Origin: an uncultured Gammaproteobacteria bacterium
Lineage (GTDB): Bacteria; Patescibacteriota; Microgenomatia; UBA8517
Direction: 5' to 3'
NCBI GenBank assembly: GCA_964502815.1
Contig: CAZCXV010000003.1
Coordinates: 4,694-68,693, forward strand
Length of the DNA stretch: 64,000 nucleotides
Shown: one piece after another, positions 8,652-18,082 of the stretch
Layout of the letters: each line of letters starts with the position of its first letter
Numbering within the stretch: position 1 is the stretch's first letter
Notes under the pieces: model-generated
Databases searched by the model: none
The model's input: only the letters and a program-made list of their open reading frames with translations
Told to the model about the DNA's origin: nothing
Program-made: the position numbers and the translations under genes

Positions 8652-10117
8652 TTAGACTTTTAAGTATACAAGACAATAATATAATAATTGGCTTTGATCA
8701 GGCCAGAGACTTATTTTCAGCCAAAACAATTTGGACACATAAAGACTTAAAAATAATCGGACCAACTGCAGGCAATAATACTGACCTACACCATGGCATC
8801 TTGTGGAGTTATTTTATTTTGCCTCCAATTATTCTTTTCGGGGGTAACCCTTATTTTGTATCTTTTTGGAATAGCCTATTTAATTTGGGGGCTGTAGTGT
8901 CAATTTATTTCCTGGCCAAGTCGGTGTTTAAGTCAAGTAAGACAGGATTAATTTCGGCATTTTTGGCTGCAGTCTCAATATATTTCGTTGAGTATTCAAG
9001 TTGGCTGTCAAATCCCTCGCCAACACTTCTAACTGTTCCACTGTTTTTCTTTGGAGTATGGAAATATGCGAGAGAAAAACATTGGGGACTAGTGGTAGCC
9101 TTTATCTCTCTGGGATTGTCTATCCAGTTTGAGCTTTTCTTTATTTACCTTATCCCAATTTTTTTACTTTTGTGTTTTATTTTGAAGTTAAAGTTTCCTG
9201 ATTTAAAAACTTTAACATTTTCAGTTATGGGTTTTTGTATTGTGACTTCAACGATGATTGTTACCGAAATTAAATATAATTTTTCTGGAATAGCTTCAAT
9301 ATTGGGTGCAGGTAGTGATGTCGGTGGAGGAGAAGACAAGCTGGCAAATGTGCCAAAGTATGTAGACAGATTTTTGTTAACTTTTTCCCAAACTCTTTTT
9401 CCACAGAGTTTGGCTTTAGGAAGAATTGTTGGCATATTAACAGTTTTGGCATTCTTATTTTTAGTAATTAAAAATTTTAAAGACAAGAAAAAGGTAAAGC
9501 CGTATGTTTTTATTCTTGTCTATCTTCTTTCCTCTTCAATTATGCTTTTTCTTGGCTATCACGATGCGCCTTGGTTTTTAATTGGCCTGTCTCCAGCAAT
9601 TATTGTTTCAGTAGGTTTTCTGATGTCAAAGATTAATAATAATTATCTTTTGGGGTTAGTTTTATTATTAATTGGAATACTAAACTACCAAACTCTTAGT
9701 GGGACTAAAGGGGTAGGGCAGCCGCTATTGGGGCCAGACAGAGCTTCAATAATGGCAAAACAGCTGGAAACAATTGATTACACCTATCGAGCATCAGAAG
9801 GCGAATCGTTTGCAGTAAATACGCTGACCAACCCTTTGTATATTAATGCAGTTTGGGGTTATCACTATGATTGGTTTGACAAAATTTATGGCTACAAGCC
9901 TTCTTGGGGAGGAGGGGATCAGTTGTATCCATACAACACATTAGAGAGTATGACCGGCAGGGAAAAATATCTTTATTTAATATTTGATACAACACCAAGA
10001 GTTCCCTATGTGCATACACTTTTGATGCAAAAATGGGCAAATGAAAGGAGTGAACTAATTGAAGAAAAGGGATTTGGAGGAATAAAAGTGGAAAAGCGGC
10101 TTTTTACCAGTAGATGA
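8582..10117 (+). CDS. ArnT/PMT-like (GT-C) membrane glycosyltransferase, paralog of the upstream gene
   Basis: DQARD loop, IIGP, many TM segments, similar C-terminus (GGIKVEKR vs GKITVEKR). Confidence 0.8.
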   Translation: MKLKLKISKTTWFLSVIVLLGLAFRLLSIQDNNIIIGFDQARDLFSAKTIWTHKDLKIIGPTAGNNTDLHHGILWSYFILPPIILFGGNPYFVSFWNSLFNLGAVVSIYFLAKSVFKSSKTGLISAFLAAVSIYFVEYSSWLSNPSPTLLTVPLFFFGVWKYAREKHWGLVVAFISLGLSIQFELFFIYLIPIFLLLCFILKLKFPDLKTLTFSVMGFCIVTSTMIVTEIKYNFSGIASILGAGSDVGGGEDKLANVPKYVDRFLLTFSQTLFPQSLALGRIVGILTVLAFLFLVIKNFKDKKKVKPYVFILVYLLSSSIMLFLGYHDAPWFLIGLSPAIIVSVGFLMSKINNNYLLGLVLLLIGILNYQTLSGTKGVGQPLLGPDRASIMAKQLETIDYTYRASEGESFAVNTLTNPLYINAVWGYHYDWFDKIYGYKPSWGGGDQLYPYNTLESMTGREKYLYLIFDTTPRVPYVHTLLMQKWANERSELIEEKGFGGIKVEKRLFTSR

Positions 10118-10142
10118 GTTGGCTTCATGTTAAAATTGACAA

Positions 10143-10719
10143 GTGAAAAAAGGCAACGGTTGCTATTGTTGTTATATTATTGGTTACAGCTGCATTAATC
10201 GTAGGCGCTTACTATTTGGGAAAACAAAGTGACAAGATGAGTATTTCAGAAGCCAACATTTCTTCTCCAACGCCAAATCCAAGCCCATCTGCTATTTCTG
10301 TTACAGCAATTCCAAAACTAACTTCAAAATATGATTATGCTGGCTGGCAAACATATACTGACTCAAAAGCAGGATTTTCGATTGGCTACTCTCCACAAGA
10401 AAAGATATTAGACAAAAAAGAAGGAGAATTTGTCTATTTCAGTAGATACAGAGTAGTCGTCTATTCTGATTACGACGGAGGATCTAGAAGGCAGTGGTTT
10501 AATAGTAAGTTTGATACCAGCACATATCAAGTTGCCTATGAAGACTATAGTGTTTTTAGGGTAAACGCACTAATAATTAAACTAAGTGATCCAGGAAGTA
10601 TGGGTAGTACCAATGTGGTAATTCCAAGGGGGAGAGAGGTCTATCTTTATTCTGCAAGTTCAGGAAGTGAGAGTCTAGATATAACAAAACAAATTATCTC
10701 TACCTTCAAGTTTTTGTAG
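10143..10719 (+). CDS. Membrane-anchored PsbP-like surface protein; apparent 1-nt frameshift near the 5' end
   Basis: WQTY...GFSIGY...QIISTFKF pattern; GTG 10143 (MKKGN) is one base out of frame with the TM VAIVVILLVTAALIVGAYYLG; the ORF track start is TTG 10180. Confidence 0.6.
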
Positions 10720-11065
10720 GTTTAAAAAATAGGTTCAAAATAGTTCATCATATTCCTGACGTAACTCCCCTTGGTTGGATCTCTCAAGGAACTCAGTCAC
10801 AGAAATCGCTTTCTCAGGTTTACGAATTTGATTAGTTACGCTAGTTGATGTTCCCGCATCTCCATCAGTAATCCAAGGAATTGAGGTGGTATAGAATCCT
10901 TGGAAATTGGTGAGTTATTGGGATGGACAATAAATGCTGATTCAGTTTCTAGGACATCTTCACTCATGAATATTATTATAGCCTAAAATACCAAAATAGC
11001 TTTTGGCTAATATAAAGACTTTGTCCATCAAGTGGGCAGGCTATTGTGTAATTTGATTTGCCATA

Positions 11066-11905
11066 TTATGGCTTTTTCAGTAAATGCAAATCTTTAGAGT
11101 TTTTTGGAAGAATTACTTTTTTCCCTGTTGTTTGTTCAATTTCTTTTCTGGCATTTCCTGCAATTGAGCCACCCTTAATTGCAACTTTTCTGTTCTCATT
11201 AAAACTTTCTGGTTTGAGAGATTTTGATATTTCAGTAGTTGAAGTTTCAGCAAGCATATTGAGAACCAATTCAAGGTTTGTCATGTTGTCTCTTAAGTTT
11301 TCTTTTTTCAAATTTTTGTAGTTTTTGTATTCTCTAGTTTTCATTCCAGCCCAGGCAAAAGTAATATCGTCAGTAAGGATTGCAAATTCGCCTGAAGTAT
11401 TAACACCCCTTTCTTCCCATTCATCTGTCAAATCTTTTCTGATATCAATGCTTTTTAGTCTTAAATTGACCCATTCCTTGGAGTAGCCCTTCTTTAGGTA
11501 ATAGTTCATTGCTCTTTGGATGGCTTTTTCTGGATCATCTACTTCTTCGACTCTTTCATAGCCAACGCGAGCCAGCCACAACTTAAATGGTTCTGCATTA
11601 GGAGAGGGGATAGATTGAATTATTCTAAACATTGTTTCTGTGTCTGCTGCATCGGTTAGGTAATATTTACCATCTGAAGATTGCATTTTCAGTTGTACGA
11701 TTTTTTCGTACGACTGACTACCTTCATTTTTCAGTTTTGTTTTTAGATCTGACCAATATCTTTTAGGAACACTGCTTCCAGAAAGAATGCCTATAACATC
11801 AATCACAGAAAAATACCATTCTTCTTTGATATGGTCCCAATATCTTCTTATCTTGTTTCCTTCAAACAAAACAATTTTTGCCGAATCTTTATGTTTACTA
11901 TCCAT
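11066..11905 (-). CDS. Bro-N domain protein (phage antirepressor-like)
   Basis: IRRYWD..EWYFSVIDV, RIIQSIPSPNAEPFKLWLA, LRDNM..LEL. Confidence 0.85.
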   Translation of the reverse strand: MDSKHKDSAKIVLFEGNKIRRYWDHIKEEWYFSVIDVIGILSGSSVPKRYWSDLKTKLKNEGSQSYEKIVQLKMQSSDGKYYLTDAADTETMFRIIQSIPSPNAEPFKLWLARVGYERVEEVDDPEKAIQRAMNYYLKKGYSKEWVNLRLKSIDIRKDLTDEWEERGVNTSGEFAILTDDITFAWAGMKTREYKNYKNLKKENLRDNMTNLELVLNMLAETSTTEISKSLKPESFNENRKVAIKGGSIAGNARKEIEQTTGKKVILPKNSKDLHLLKKP

Positions 11906-12074
11906 ATTTTTAAAGTTGAATCTTAAGTTATTAATCTACAACATTATTTTACATTTGTCAAGCTATCGAAGATTAGTATATACTTCTCAACATTTTCTTA
12001 CTTATGTGGCAGGTTTAATTTTATTTATTTTCTTTAGATTATCATTTAAGGATAAGTAAAAATCATCTTTGGGG

Positions 12075-12469
12075 ATGAATGATTTTCTTTTGGGAAGTAA
12101 GACACGGCGAAAAGCCTAAAAGACAATAATCCTCAATACACATCTTGTCGGCACGGTCGATGAAGGCGCAGGCAGGCGTGCGATTGAAGAAGTTAGCATT
12201 GCTGAAGCCAAAGAATATATTGAGGAAGTAAAGCTTTACTTGGTTACCTACGGAGGCGACCTTCTGTATGTATTTGCCCTGTATGACCATATTATTTCTT
12301 CCAAAAAACCAGTGGATATTGTTGCCGAGGGCGTATGTATGTCGGCCGGGGTGATGATCTTGCAGGTTGCAAGAAGAAGGTATGCGACTCCCACTCTTTA
12401 TTTATGGTTCACCCATCAATCAATATTGTCGAAGAGAAGTCCTACCAGAAAATGTCTTTCTGTCTATAA
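12075..12469 (+). pseudogene. ClpP-like protease pseudogene
   Basis: LYLVTYGGD..ALYD...VAEGVCMSAG..ILQ...RYATP, then a frameshift (~12395) into SLFMVHP; in-frame TAA at 12117; 3' part missing. Confidence 0.75.
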
Positions 12470-12507
12470 GGCCTGCAGATTTGGCATGTATGGCTTAATT
12501 GATGAAG

Positions 12508-13398
12508 TTATAAATTTTCCCACTCTTTCAAAAGATCTACCCACAAGCTTTTCAAAAAACTAAGCCCTTTTGGTTTGAGAATTTCCTTTTTATTTTTCTG
12601 GTTGGTGATTTTATTTATCGAGCTTTGTATCCAGGCCAGAGATTCTTTTTTTGTTTTGCCATCAAAAAGGTGTCCACCCATTTCATAGTCAGGCAGTTTG
12701 GTGAATTTATCTATTTTTAAGACTCTGTTCAAATTTAAGAGGGCGTATTGTCGTATTGATTTTAGCGTCCCTTCCTTTTTAAATCTCCGAAGTGAAAAGT
12801 AGTAGTAATTGTCTCTGGAAATTTTAAAATTGAAACCTTCTTTTACCGCTCTTTCGAGTAAATCTGTGTCCTCTGCAAACTTCAGATTTTCATCAAAACC
12901 TTCTATTTTTTCAAATACACTTTTTCTGATGCCAATAAAAGCTCCAACAGAAGATGGAGAGCCAAAGAAGTTTGTAAACTCAAAAATACTGTTCAGGCCA
13001 ATGGCAATTGCTTTATCGGTCTGAAGCTTTGAATCCGTCTTTATCCAAGTAGTAAGAAGGTCTGTCTTATCCTTTTCAAAAGCAGCACACACTTTCGCAA
13101 TAAATATTTTTGGGATTTTAGTATCAGCGTCAAAAAAGATTAAAATATCTCCCTTGGCATTTTTTGCTCCCAAGTTTCTTTGAAAAGAGACATTTCTTTT
13201 ATCAGCTTTCAAGGTTTTGATTTTTAACCTATTATTAAAAGATGTTGCTTTGGCTAAAGTTTTGTCTTCGCTTTGGCCGTCAACAACAATTACCTCAAAA
13301 TCCTTAAGAGTTTGCTTTTCAAGGTTAGTAAGAAGCTTGGGCAAATATTTTTCCTCGTTAAGGCAGGGGATAACTATTGAGAAATGTGGATTGGCCAT
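12508..13398 (-). CDS. Family 2 glycosyltransferase
   Basis: SIVIPCLNEE, VVDGQSED, FFDAD, FAEDTDL motifs. Confidence 0.92.
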   Translation of the reverse strand: MANPHFSIVIPCLNEEKYLPKLLTNLEKQTLKDFEVIVVDGQSEDKTLAKATSFNNRLKIKTLKADKRNVSFQRNLGAKNAKGDILIFFDADTKIPKIFIAKVCAAFEKDKTDLLTTWIKTDSKLQTDKAIAIGLNSIFEFTNFFGSPSSVGAFIGIRKSVFEKIEGFDENLKFAEDTDLLERAVKEGFNFKISRDNYYYFSLRRFKKEGTLKSIRQYALLNLNRVLKIDKFTKLPDYEMGGHLFDGKTKKESLAWIQSSINKITNQKNKKEILKPKGLSFLKSLWVDLLKEWENL

Positions 13399-13435
13399 GA
13401 AATATATTATATAGCAAACTCAAAAAAATGACCTA

Positions 13436-13464
13436 TTGACATATACTATGGGTAGTGCTATTTT
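13436..13464 (+). promoter_or_regulatory. Putative sigma70 promoter with a palindrome in the spacer
   Basis: TTGACA-N17-TATTTT with an extended TG; ACTA-N4-TAGT palindrome at 13445-13456. Confidence 0.5.
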
Positions 13465-13475
13465 AATGACAGTAA

Positions 13476-13964
13476 ATGGTAACAAATAGATTTGATATTA
13501 AAAACGTAAATAAAAGGGATATTTTGGCGGGTCTTTTGGTTTTGATTGTTGCAGGTATAGTTGTCTACATGTTTGTCAAACCAAATGTTCCAAAAACAAA
13601 CATCACTTTACCGACAGTAAGACCAACAGAAAAAATTGAAAACAAATTTAACTTGCAAATCCCAGACGACGTTGAAAGGATCGATTTAAACGATGTTTTA
13701 GATGGAACTGGGTCTGGCATTGCCACCAGAAATGAAATCCTAGTCGATCTTGCCGATCCAGAAACGGGAAAATTCTATCAAGCTTGGCTTGAGGACAACT
13801 CTGGAAAAAGAATTTCTTTAGGCAAGTTGGTTATTGAAAAGGGTGGCTGGCTTGTTTCCTACAATTCAAAAGCTTCTCCAGAGTACAAAAAAGTAATTGT
13901 TAGTTTGGAAACCAAGTTTGATAATATCCTAGAAACCAAGGTTCTTGAAGGAAGCTTCAAATAG
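13476..13964 (+). CDS. Membrane-anchored protein with RskA-C-like (anti-sigma K) beta domain
   Basis: One TM; L.DP..GKFYQAWL...SLGKL...VSLE...VLEG pattern. Confidence 0.55.
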   Translation: MVTNRFDIKNVNKRDILAGLLVLIVAGIVVYMFVKPNVPKTNITLPTVRPTEKIENKFNLQIPDDVERIDLNDVLDGTGSGIATRNEILVDLADPETGKFYQAWLEDNSGKRISLGKLVIEKGGWLVSYNSKASPEYKKVIVSLETKFDNILETKVLEGSFK

Positions 13965-13990
13965 ACTCTCAAGACTGCTACAATTAACTT

Positions 13991-14704
13991 GTGAATGTTA
14001 AATTTGCTTCTTTAGTGTTTTCTCTTTTTGCTGTTGGTTTTGGTTTTCTTTTTTTTCCAACACCAACTTATGCAAGTTTGGTAAACATTAAGCCTGATGG
14101 AAAAGTTATAGTCAATATATTAGGGGCAAAAGACTCAATTGCGATGTATGTTCCAAAAAGGCAGTCATTATCGGTTAATGGTGAGAACATCGAAATCTTT
14201 AGGGATGGAGAAACCTTCAAATTAGCCCTAAATGACAGCAATCTTGATATCACGCAGTACCAAGATAATTTAATTGAGATAGAGGAAACGCCTGAAAAAG
14301 AGAGAGTCAAAATATCTTTGGTTGACGGCAAGTTTAAGATCGAGCAGGAAGGTATTGCGGTTTTGACCTCTTTTCCAATCGAAATTGATCCATCGGTTAG
14401 GCAAATTTCTGTAAAAACAGAAACTGGTAAGAAATATTTGGCAATACTTCCAAAAGAAGCCTCGGCAATTCTCCTTCGTTCAAAGTTGGTTGATAAGGTA
14501 GATGCTAATTGGAATTTGTTGGAGGAGCAGGATGGGGTTTTGGTTTACAAATTAAAGGGCAATAAAACTGTAAACATCTTCAATATTAGTAAATATTCAA
14601 GCGATATCGAAACCCAAGTATCCGCAGCCGATGGAGCGGTCATTGGATCAAATGAACCAGTTTGGTTAAAAATTCTTTCCTTTTTCCTGTCCAGCAAGGG
14701 CTAA
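13991..14704 (+). CDS. Secreted hypothetical protein
   Basis: GTG start, signal peptide ending TYA, C-terminal VSAADG...PVWLKIL. Confidence 0.65.
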   Translation: MNVKFASLVFSLFAVGFGFLFFPTPTYASLVNIKPDGKVIVNILGAKDSIAMYVPKRQSLSVNGENIEIFRDGETFKLALNDSNLDITQYQDNLIEIEETPEKERVKISLVDGKFKIEQEGIAVLTSFPIEIDPSVRQISVKTETGKKYLAILPKEASAILLRSKLVDKVDANWNLLEEQDGVLVYKLKGNKTVNIFNISKYSSDIETQVSAADGAVIGSNEPVWLKILSFFLSSKG

Positions 14705-14713
14705 TGAAAAACT

Positions 14714-14962
14714 ATGAAAGTAACGCTTTACTCCACAGATACTTCCAAAAATAGCCAGCTTCTCAAAAACTATTTTAACGAGAAAAAAGTTCCTTTTTTA
14801 GAAAAACAAATCAATAGAAATGAATTTTTTCAAAGTGAGTTGGCAAAAATTGCCGCAGGTTTTTCAGGAGTACCCGTTGTTTTGATTCAAAAAGAGGGTG
14901 ATAGCAGTCAAATTGTGATAGGATTTGACAAAGGCAAGATAAATAGTATTCTAGGGCTATAA
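14714..14962 (+). CDS. Glutaredoxin/NrdH-like protein lacking the CxxC motif
   Basis: KVTLYST, GVPV cis-Pro motif and IGFD are retained; SKNS sits where CxxC is expected. Confidence 0.75.
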   Translation: MKVTLYSTDTSKNSQLLKNYFNEKKVPFLEKQINRNEFFQSELAKIAAGFSGVPVVLIQKEGDSSQIVIGFDKGKINSILGL

Positions 14963-14981
14963 TTTTAGTTATTTTGAACTA

Positions 14982-15638
14982 ATGATTTTTATTAACTTTA
15001 AAACATATCAACAAGCAACGGGAGTTAATGCAGTTTATTTAGCCCAGATATTTGAACAAGTTTCCCATGAAACCGGAACTAAAATCGTTGCCGTCGTTCA
15101 GGCCACAGACATTAAAGAAGTCTCTCAGAAGGTAAATATTGAAGTCTGGGCTCAAATTATAGATCCAGTGGAATATGGAGCCCACACAGGAGCAATTTTA
15201 CCCGAGGCCGTTTTGGAAGACGGCGCTCAGGGAGCATTTTTGAATCATTCTGAAAACAAAATGGAGATGGAAAAGATAATGCTCGCCGTAAAACGGGCAG
15301 ACGAAATTGGATTGAAGACTTTGGTCTTTGCTGGAGATATAGATGAGCTAAAACAGATAATCAAACTTTCTCCAACTTACATTTCATATGAGCCAGCAGA
15401 ACTTGTGGGTAGTGTGTCAGTTTCTGTTTCCCAGGCCAAACCAGAAGTAATAAAGGAAGCTGCCGAGGTTGCAAAAGATAAAGGAATTCCTCTAATTGTT
15501 GGCGCAGGGATTCACTCGGCGGAGGATGTTAGGAAAAGTCTTGACTTAGGAGCTTCTGGAATTGTCGTGGCGACTAACATTGTTAAGGCAGAAAATCCAA
15601 AACAGGCACTTCTGGATTTAATTGAGGGATTTAGATAA
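14982..15638 (+). CDS. tpiA: Triosephosphate isomerase (archaeal-type, short)
   Basis: INFKTY, LNHSE, YEP..L.G, VGAGIH motifs; 218 aa. Confidence 0.93.
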   Translation: MIFINFKTYQQATGVNAVYLAQIFEQVSHETGTKIVAVVQATDIKEVSQKVNIEVWAQIIDPVEYGAHTGAILPEAVLEDGAQGAFLNHSENKMEMEKIMLAVKRADEIGLKTLVFAGDIDELKQIIKLSPTYISYEPAELVGSVSVSVSQAKPEVIKEAAEVAKDKGIPLIVGAGIHSAEDVRKSLDLGASGIVVATNIVKAENPKQALLDLIEGFR

Positions 15639-15645
15639 AGTTGAC

Positions 15646-17586
15646 ATGAAATTTTCGAAACTAGTCATTAGTATTTTTCTATTGTTTGTTGTATTTCTGG
15701 CTTTCCCTAAAAACGTATCTGCAGAAAAATCATACAGTATTGATTCTGTGAATATTAATCTGAATGTTAATAAAGACGGATCGATGGACGTTGTTGAGAC
15801 AAGACAATATGACTTTAGCGGTGATTACACTTTTGCCTATCAATATTTAAACAAGTTTGGCAACCCTAAAGATTCTTCTGGCAGAAAAGAGGAATATCAA
15901 ATGAGCGGGTTTAAGATTTGCGATGAAGCTACTTGTTATAGACAAATTGCTCCTAGTGTAGGAAAAAGCTTAGATGTGGCAGAAAAAAGGATTCTTAATT
16001 CCGGGACTTACTATGTTGAGGAATTGACAGACAGGTATTATATTCACTGGTTTTACTCGGCCAAAAATATTTCTAAAATATTCAAACTTTCCTATAAAGT
16101 AAATAATGCCATCACTCTCCATAAAGATATGGCAGAGCTTTATTGGAAATTAATTGGTGATGATTGGGAAATAAGGCAGGAAAATATAACTGCCAGTGTA
16201 GTTTTTCCGCTTGACAGTGATGGAACAAATATTTTTGCTTGGGCACATGGACCACTAAACGGCGTTGTCAGCATTCCTGACAAGAAAACAATTAATTACT
16301 CTTCACCTTTTTTGCAGCCAGGAAACTTTTTTGAAGCCAGAGTTATCTATCCCAAACAAGCCTTTGTTGGTGGCTTGCAGGGTAATTTGGTTATAGAAGA
16401 CATAGTTCAGGTTGAAAATAAATTTATTGCTGATACCAAGACAAAACTTGGCTGGCAAAAAGCAAAGGCAATGGGTATTGTTTTAGTGTCACTTATCTTG
16501 CTTGTTTTTCAGTTATTCCAGTTTGTTAAAGTTGGCAAACTTTTTATCAAGCATGGCAGAGATGTAGTTTTGCCAGAAATTAATTTGTCGGGCAGACTGT
16601 GGGATCCGCCAAGCGATATTAATCCAACGCAATTGGAACAGCTTCTAAACGGCAATAAAACTTTGTCGCCTAAGGCTTTTACTGCGACAATTCTTTCTTT
16701 GGTTAGAAAGAGATTTTTGAAGATTAAAAGAAGCGACAAAAAAACAGGCTTGATATTTAAGGATTATACATATTCACTAATAAAAACTGGCAAGGGAGAA
16801 TTAGAATTGGATAGCGTTGAGAAAAAAGTATTAGACTTTGTTTTTGATAGTGTTGGAATAGGTGATGACGAAGTAAGTTTGGATGAAATTGTTAGCTACT
16901 GTAAATCTTCTAGAGTCTCCGCACACGCTTTCTTTAAAGGTCTTGAAGAACAAGCCTTCAAAAACAATCTGTCTCAGGGCTATTTTGAAACGGCTTCACA
17001 CGAGTTGGTCAAAAATGGAACCTATATTCTAAGTAATATTGTCCCATTTGTGCTACAGATTTTATTGATTAGTATTTTTGTCCCAATATTTGCAATTTCA
17101 GAAAACAGCTTATCTAGTGTGATTTTAATAGTAAGCGCCGTTTTCTCTTTTTGCCTATTTATAATATCTGTCTTCTTTACCGTTTTTGGAGAGAAAAGAA
17201 CACTTAAAGGAAGTCAAGAGACGGCTGGGTGGAAAGCTTTCAAGAAACACTTGGAAGAGTACAAAATTACCAAGATGTATCCAATTGATTCAATAATTTT
17301 GTGGGAAAAGTATTTGGTTTATGGAACCCTTCTTGGTGTATCTGCAAAAGCTTTGTCACAATTTCCGGTGAAGTTTAGTAAGGCAGATAGTTCCACAGCT
17401 GCTGTTTATTGGGGTGGAATTCAAGGGTCTAACTTTTCTAGTGGCATTACGTCAATAAATTCAGCAATTTCTTCCATCTCTACATCCGTCTCATCAAGTT
17501 ATGGAGCAAGTGGAACCGGTTCGTCAGGAGGATCCTCTGGAGGTGGTGGCGGAGGGGGAGGAGGAGGCGGTGGTGGTGCTGGATAA
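15646..17586 (+). CDS. DUF2207 family membrane protein
   Basis: ELYWKLIG, AWAHGP, WEKYLVYG..LGV, Gly/Ser-rich C-terminus GGGGGGAG. Confidence 0.88.
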   Translation: MKFSKLVISIFLLFVVFLAFPKNVSAEKSYSIDSVNINLNVNKDGSMDVVETRQYDFSGDYTFAYQYLNKFGNPKDSSGRKEEYQMSGFKICDEATCYRQIAPSVGKSLDVAEKRILNSGTYYVEELTDRYYIHWFYSAKNISKIFKLSYKVNNAITLHKDMAELYWKLIGDDWEIRQENITASVVFPLDSDGTNIFAWAHGPLNGVVSIPDKKTINYSSPFLQPGNFFEARVIYPKQAFVGGLQGNLVIEDIVQVENKFIADTKTKLGWQKAKAMGIVLVSLILLVFQLFQFVKVGKLFIKHGRDVVLPEINLSGRLWDPPSDINPTQLEQLLNGNKTLSPKAFTATILSLVRKRFLKIKRSDKKTGLIFKDYTYSLIKTGKGELELDSVEKKVLDFVFDSVGIGDDEVSLDEIVSYCKSSRVSAHAFFKGLEEQAFKNNLSQGYFETASHELVKNGTYILSNIVPFVLQILLISIFVPIFAISENSLSSVILIVSAVFSFCLFIISVFFTVFGEKRTLKGSQETAGWKAFKKHLEEYKITKMYPIDSIILWEKYLVYGTLLGVSAKALSQFPVKFSKADSSTAAVYWGGIQGSNFSSGITSINSAISSISTSVSSSYGASGTGSSGGSSGGGGGGGGGGGGGAG

Positions 17587-17610
17587 TTATTAAGGAATAT
17601 ACTTAAAAAA

Positions 17611-18060
17611 ATGAAAATATACATCGGTGCAGACCACAAAGGATACAAATTAAAGGAAAAGATTAATACCTGGCTTTTTGAAAATGATTATTCATTTGAA
17701 GACTTGGGAGCTTTGAAGTTTGATCCGTATGACGACTATACTAAATATGCTTCAGATGTTGCCTCACTTGTGTCAGATAACAAAAACTCAAGAGGCATAC
17801 TTCTGTGTGGCTCTGGAGTTGGAGTTGATATTGTATCCAACAAATTCGACGGTGTGAGAGCATCGATTGGTAAAAACAGGGAACAAGTGAAAGCAGGCAG
17901 AAAGGATGATGATATGAATGTTTTAGTGATTGCCTCTGACTTTACCAAAGAAGATGAAGCCCTAGACATGGTAAAGGCGTTTTTGGATTCGGAATTTGAC
18001 CACAAAAAAAGACACAAAAGAAGGCTTGAGGAAATTGAAAAGATAGAAGCAAACAATTAA
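17611..18060 (+). CDS. rpiB: Ribose-5-phosphate isomerase B
   Basis: IGADHKG, GILLCGSGVG..I.SNK..GVRA, RHKRR. Confidence 0.95.
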   Translation: MKIYIGADHKGYKLKEKINTWLFENDYSFEDLGALKFDPYDDYTKYASDVASLVSDNKNSRGILLCGSGVGVDIVSNKFDGVRASIGKNREQVKAGRKDDDMNVLVIASDFTKEDEALDMVKAFLDSEFDHKKRHKRRLEEIEKIEANN

Positions 18061-18082
18061 CACTTCGGGGTATAATTTATAT

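Noticed and set aside
10738-10967. Possible small frameshifted minus-strand gene (MSEDVLETES... / ...ELRQEYDELF)
   Set aside because: Short, no recognisable family; coding status unsupported
17500-17586. G-rich run suggesting a G-quadruplex or simple repeat
   Set aside because: Explained by the normal poly-Gly tail of DUF2207 proteins
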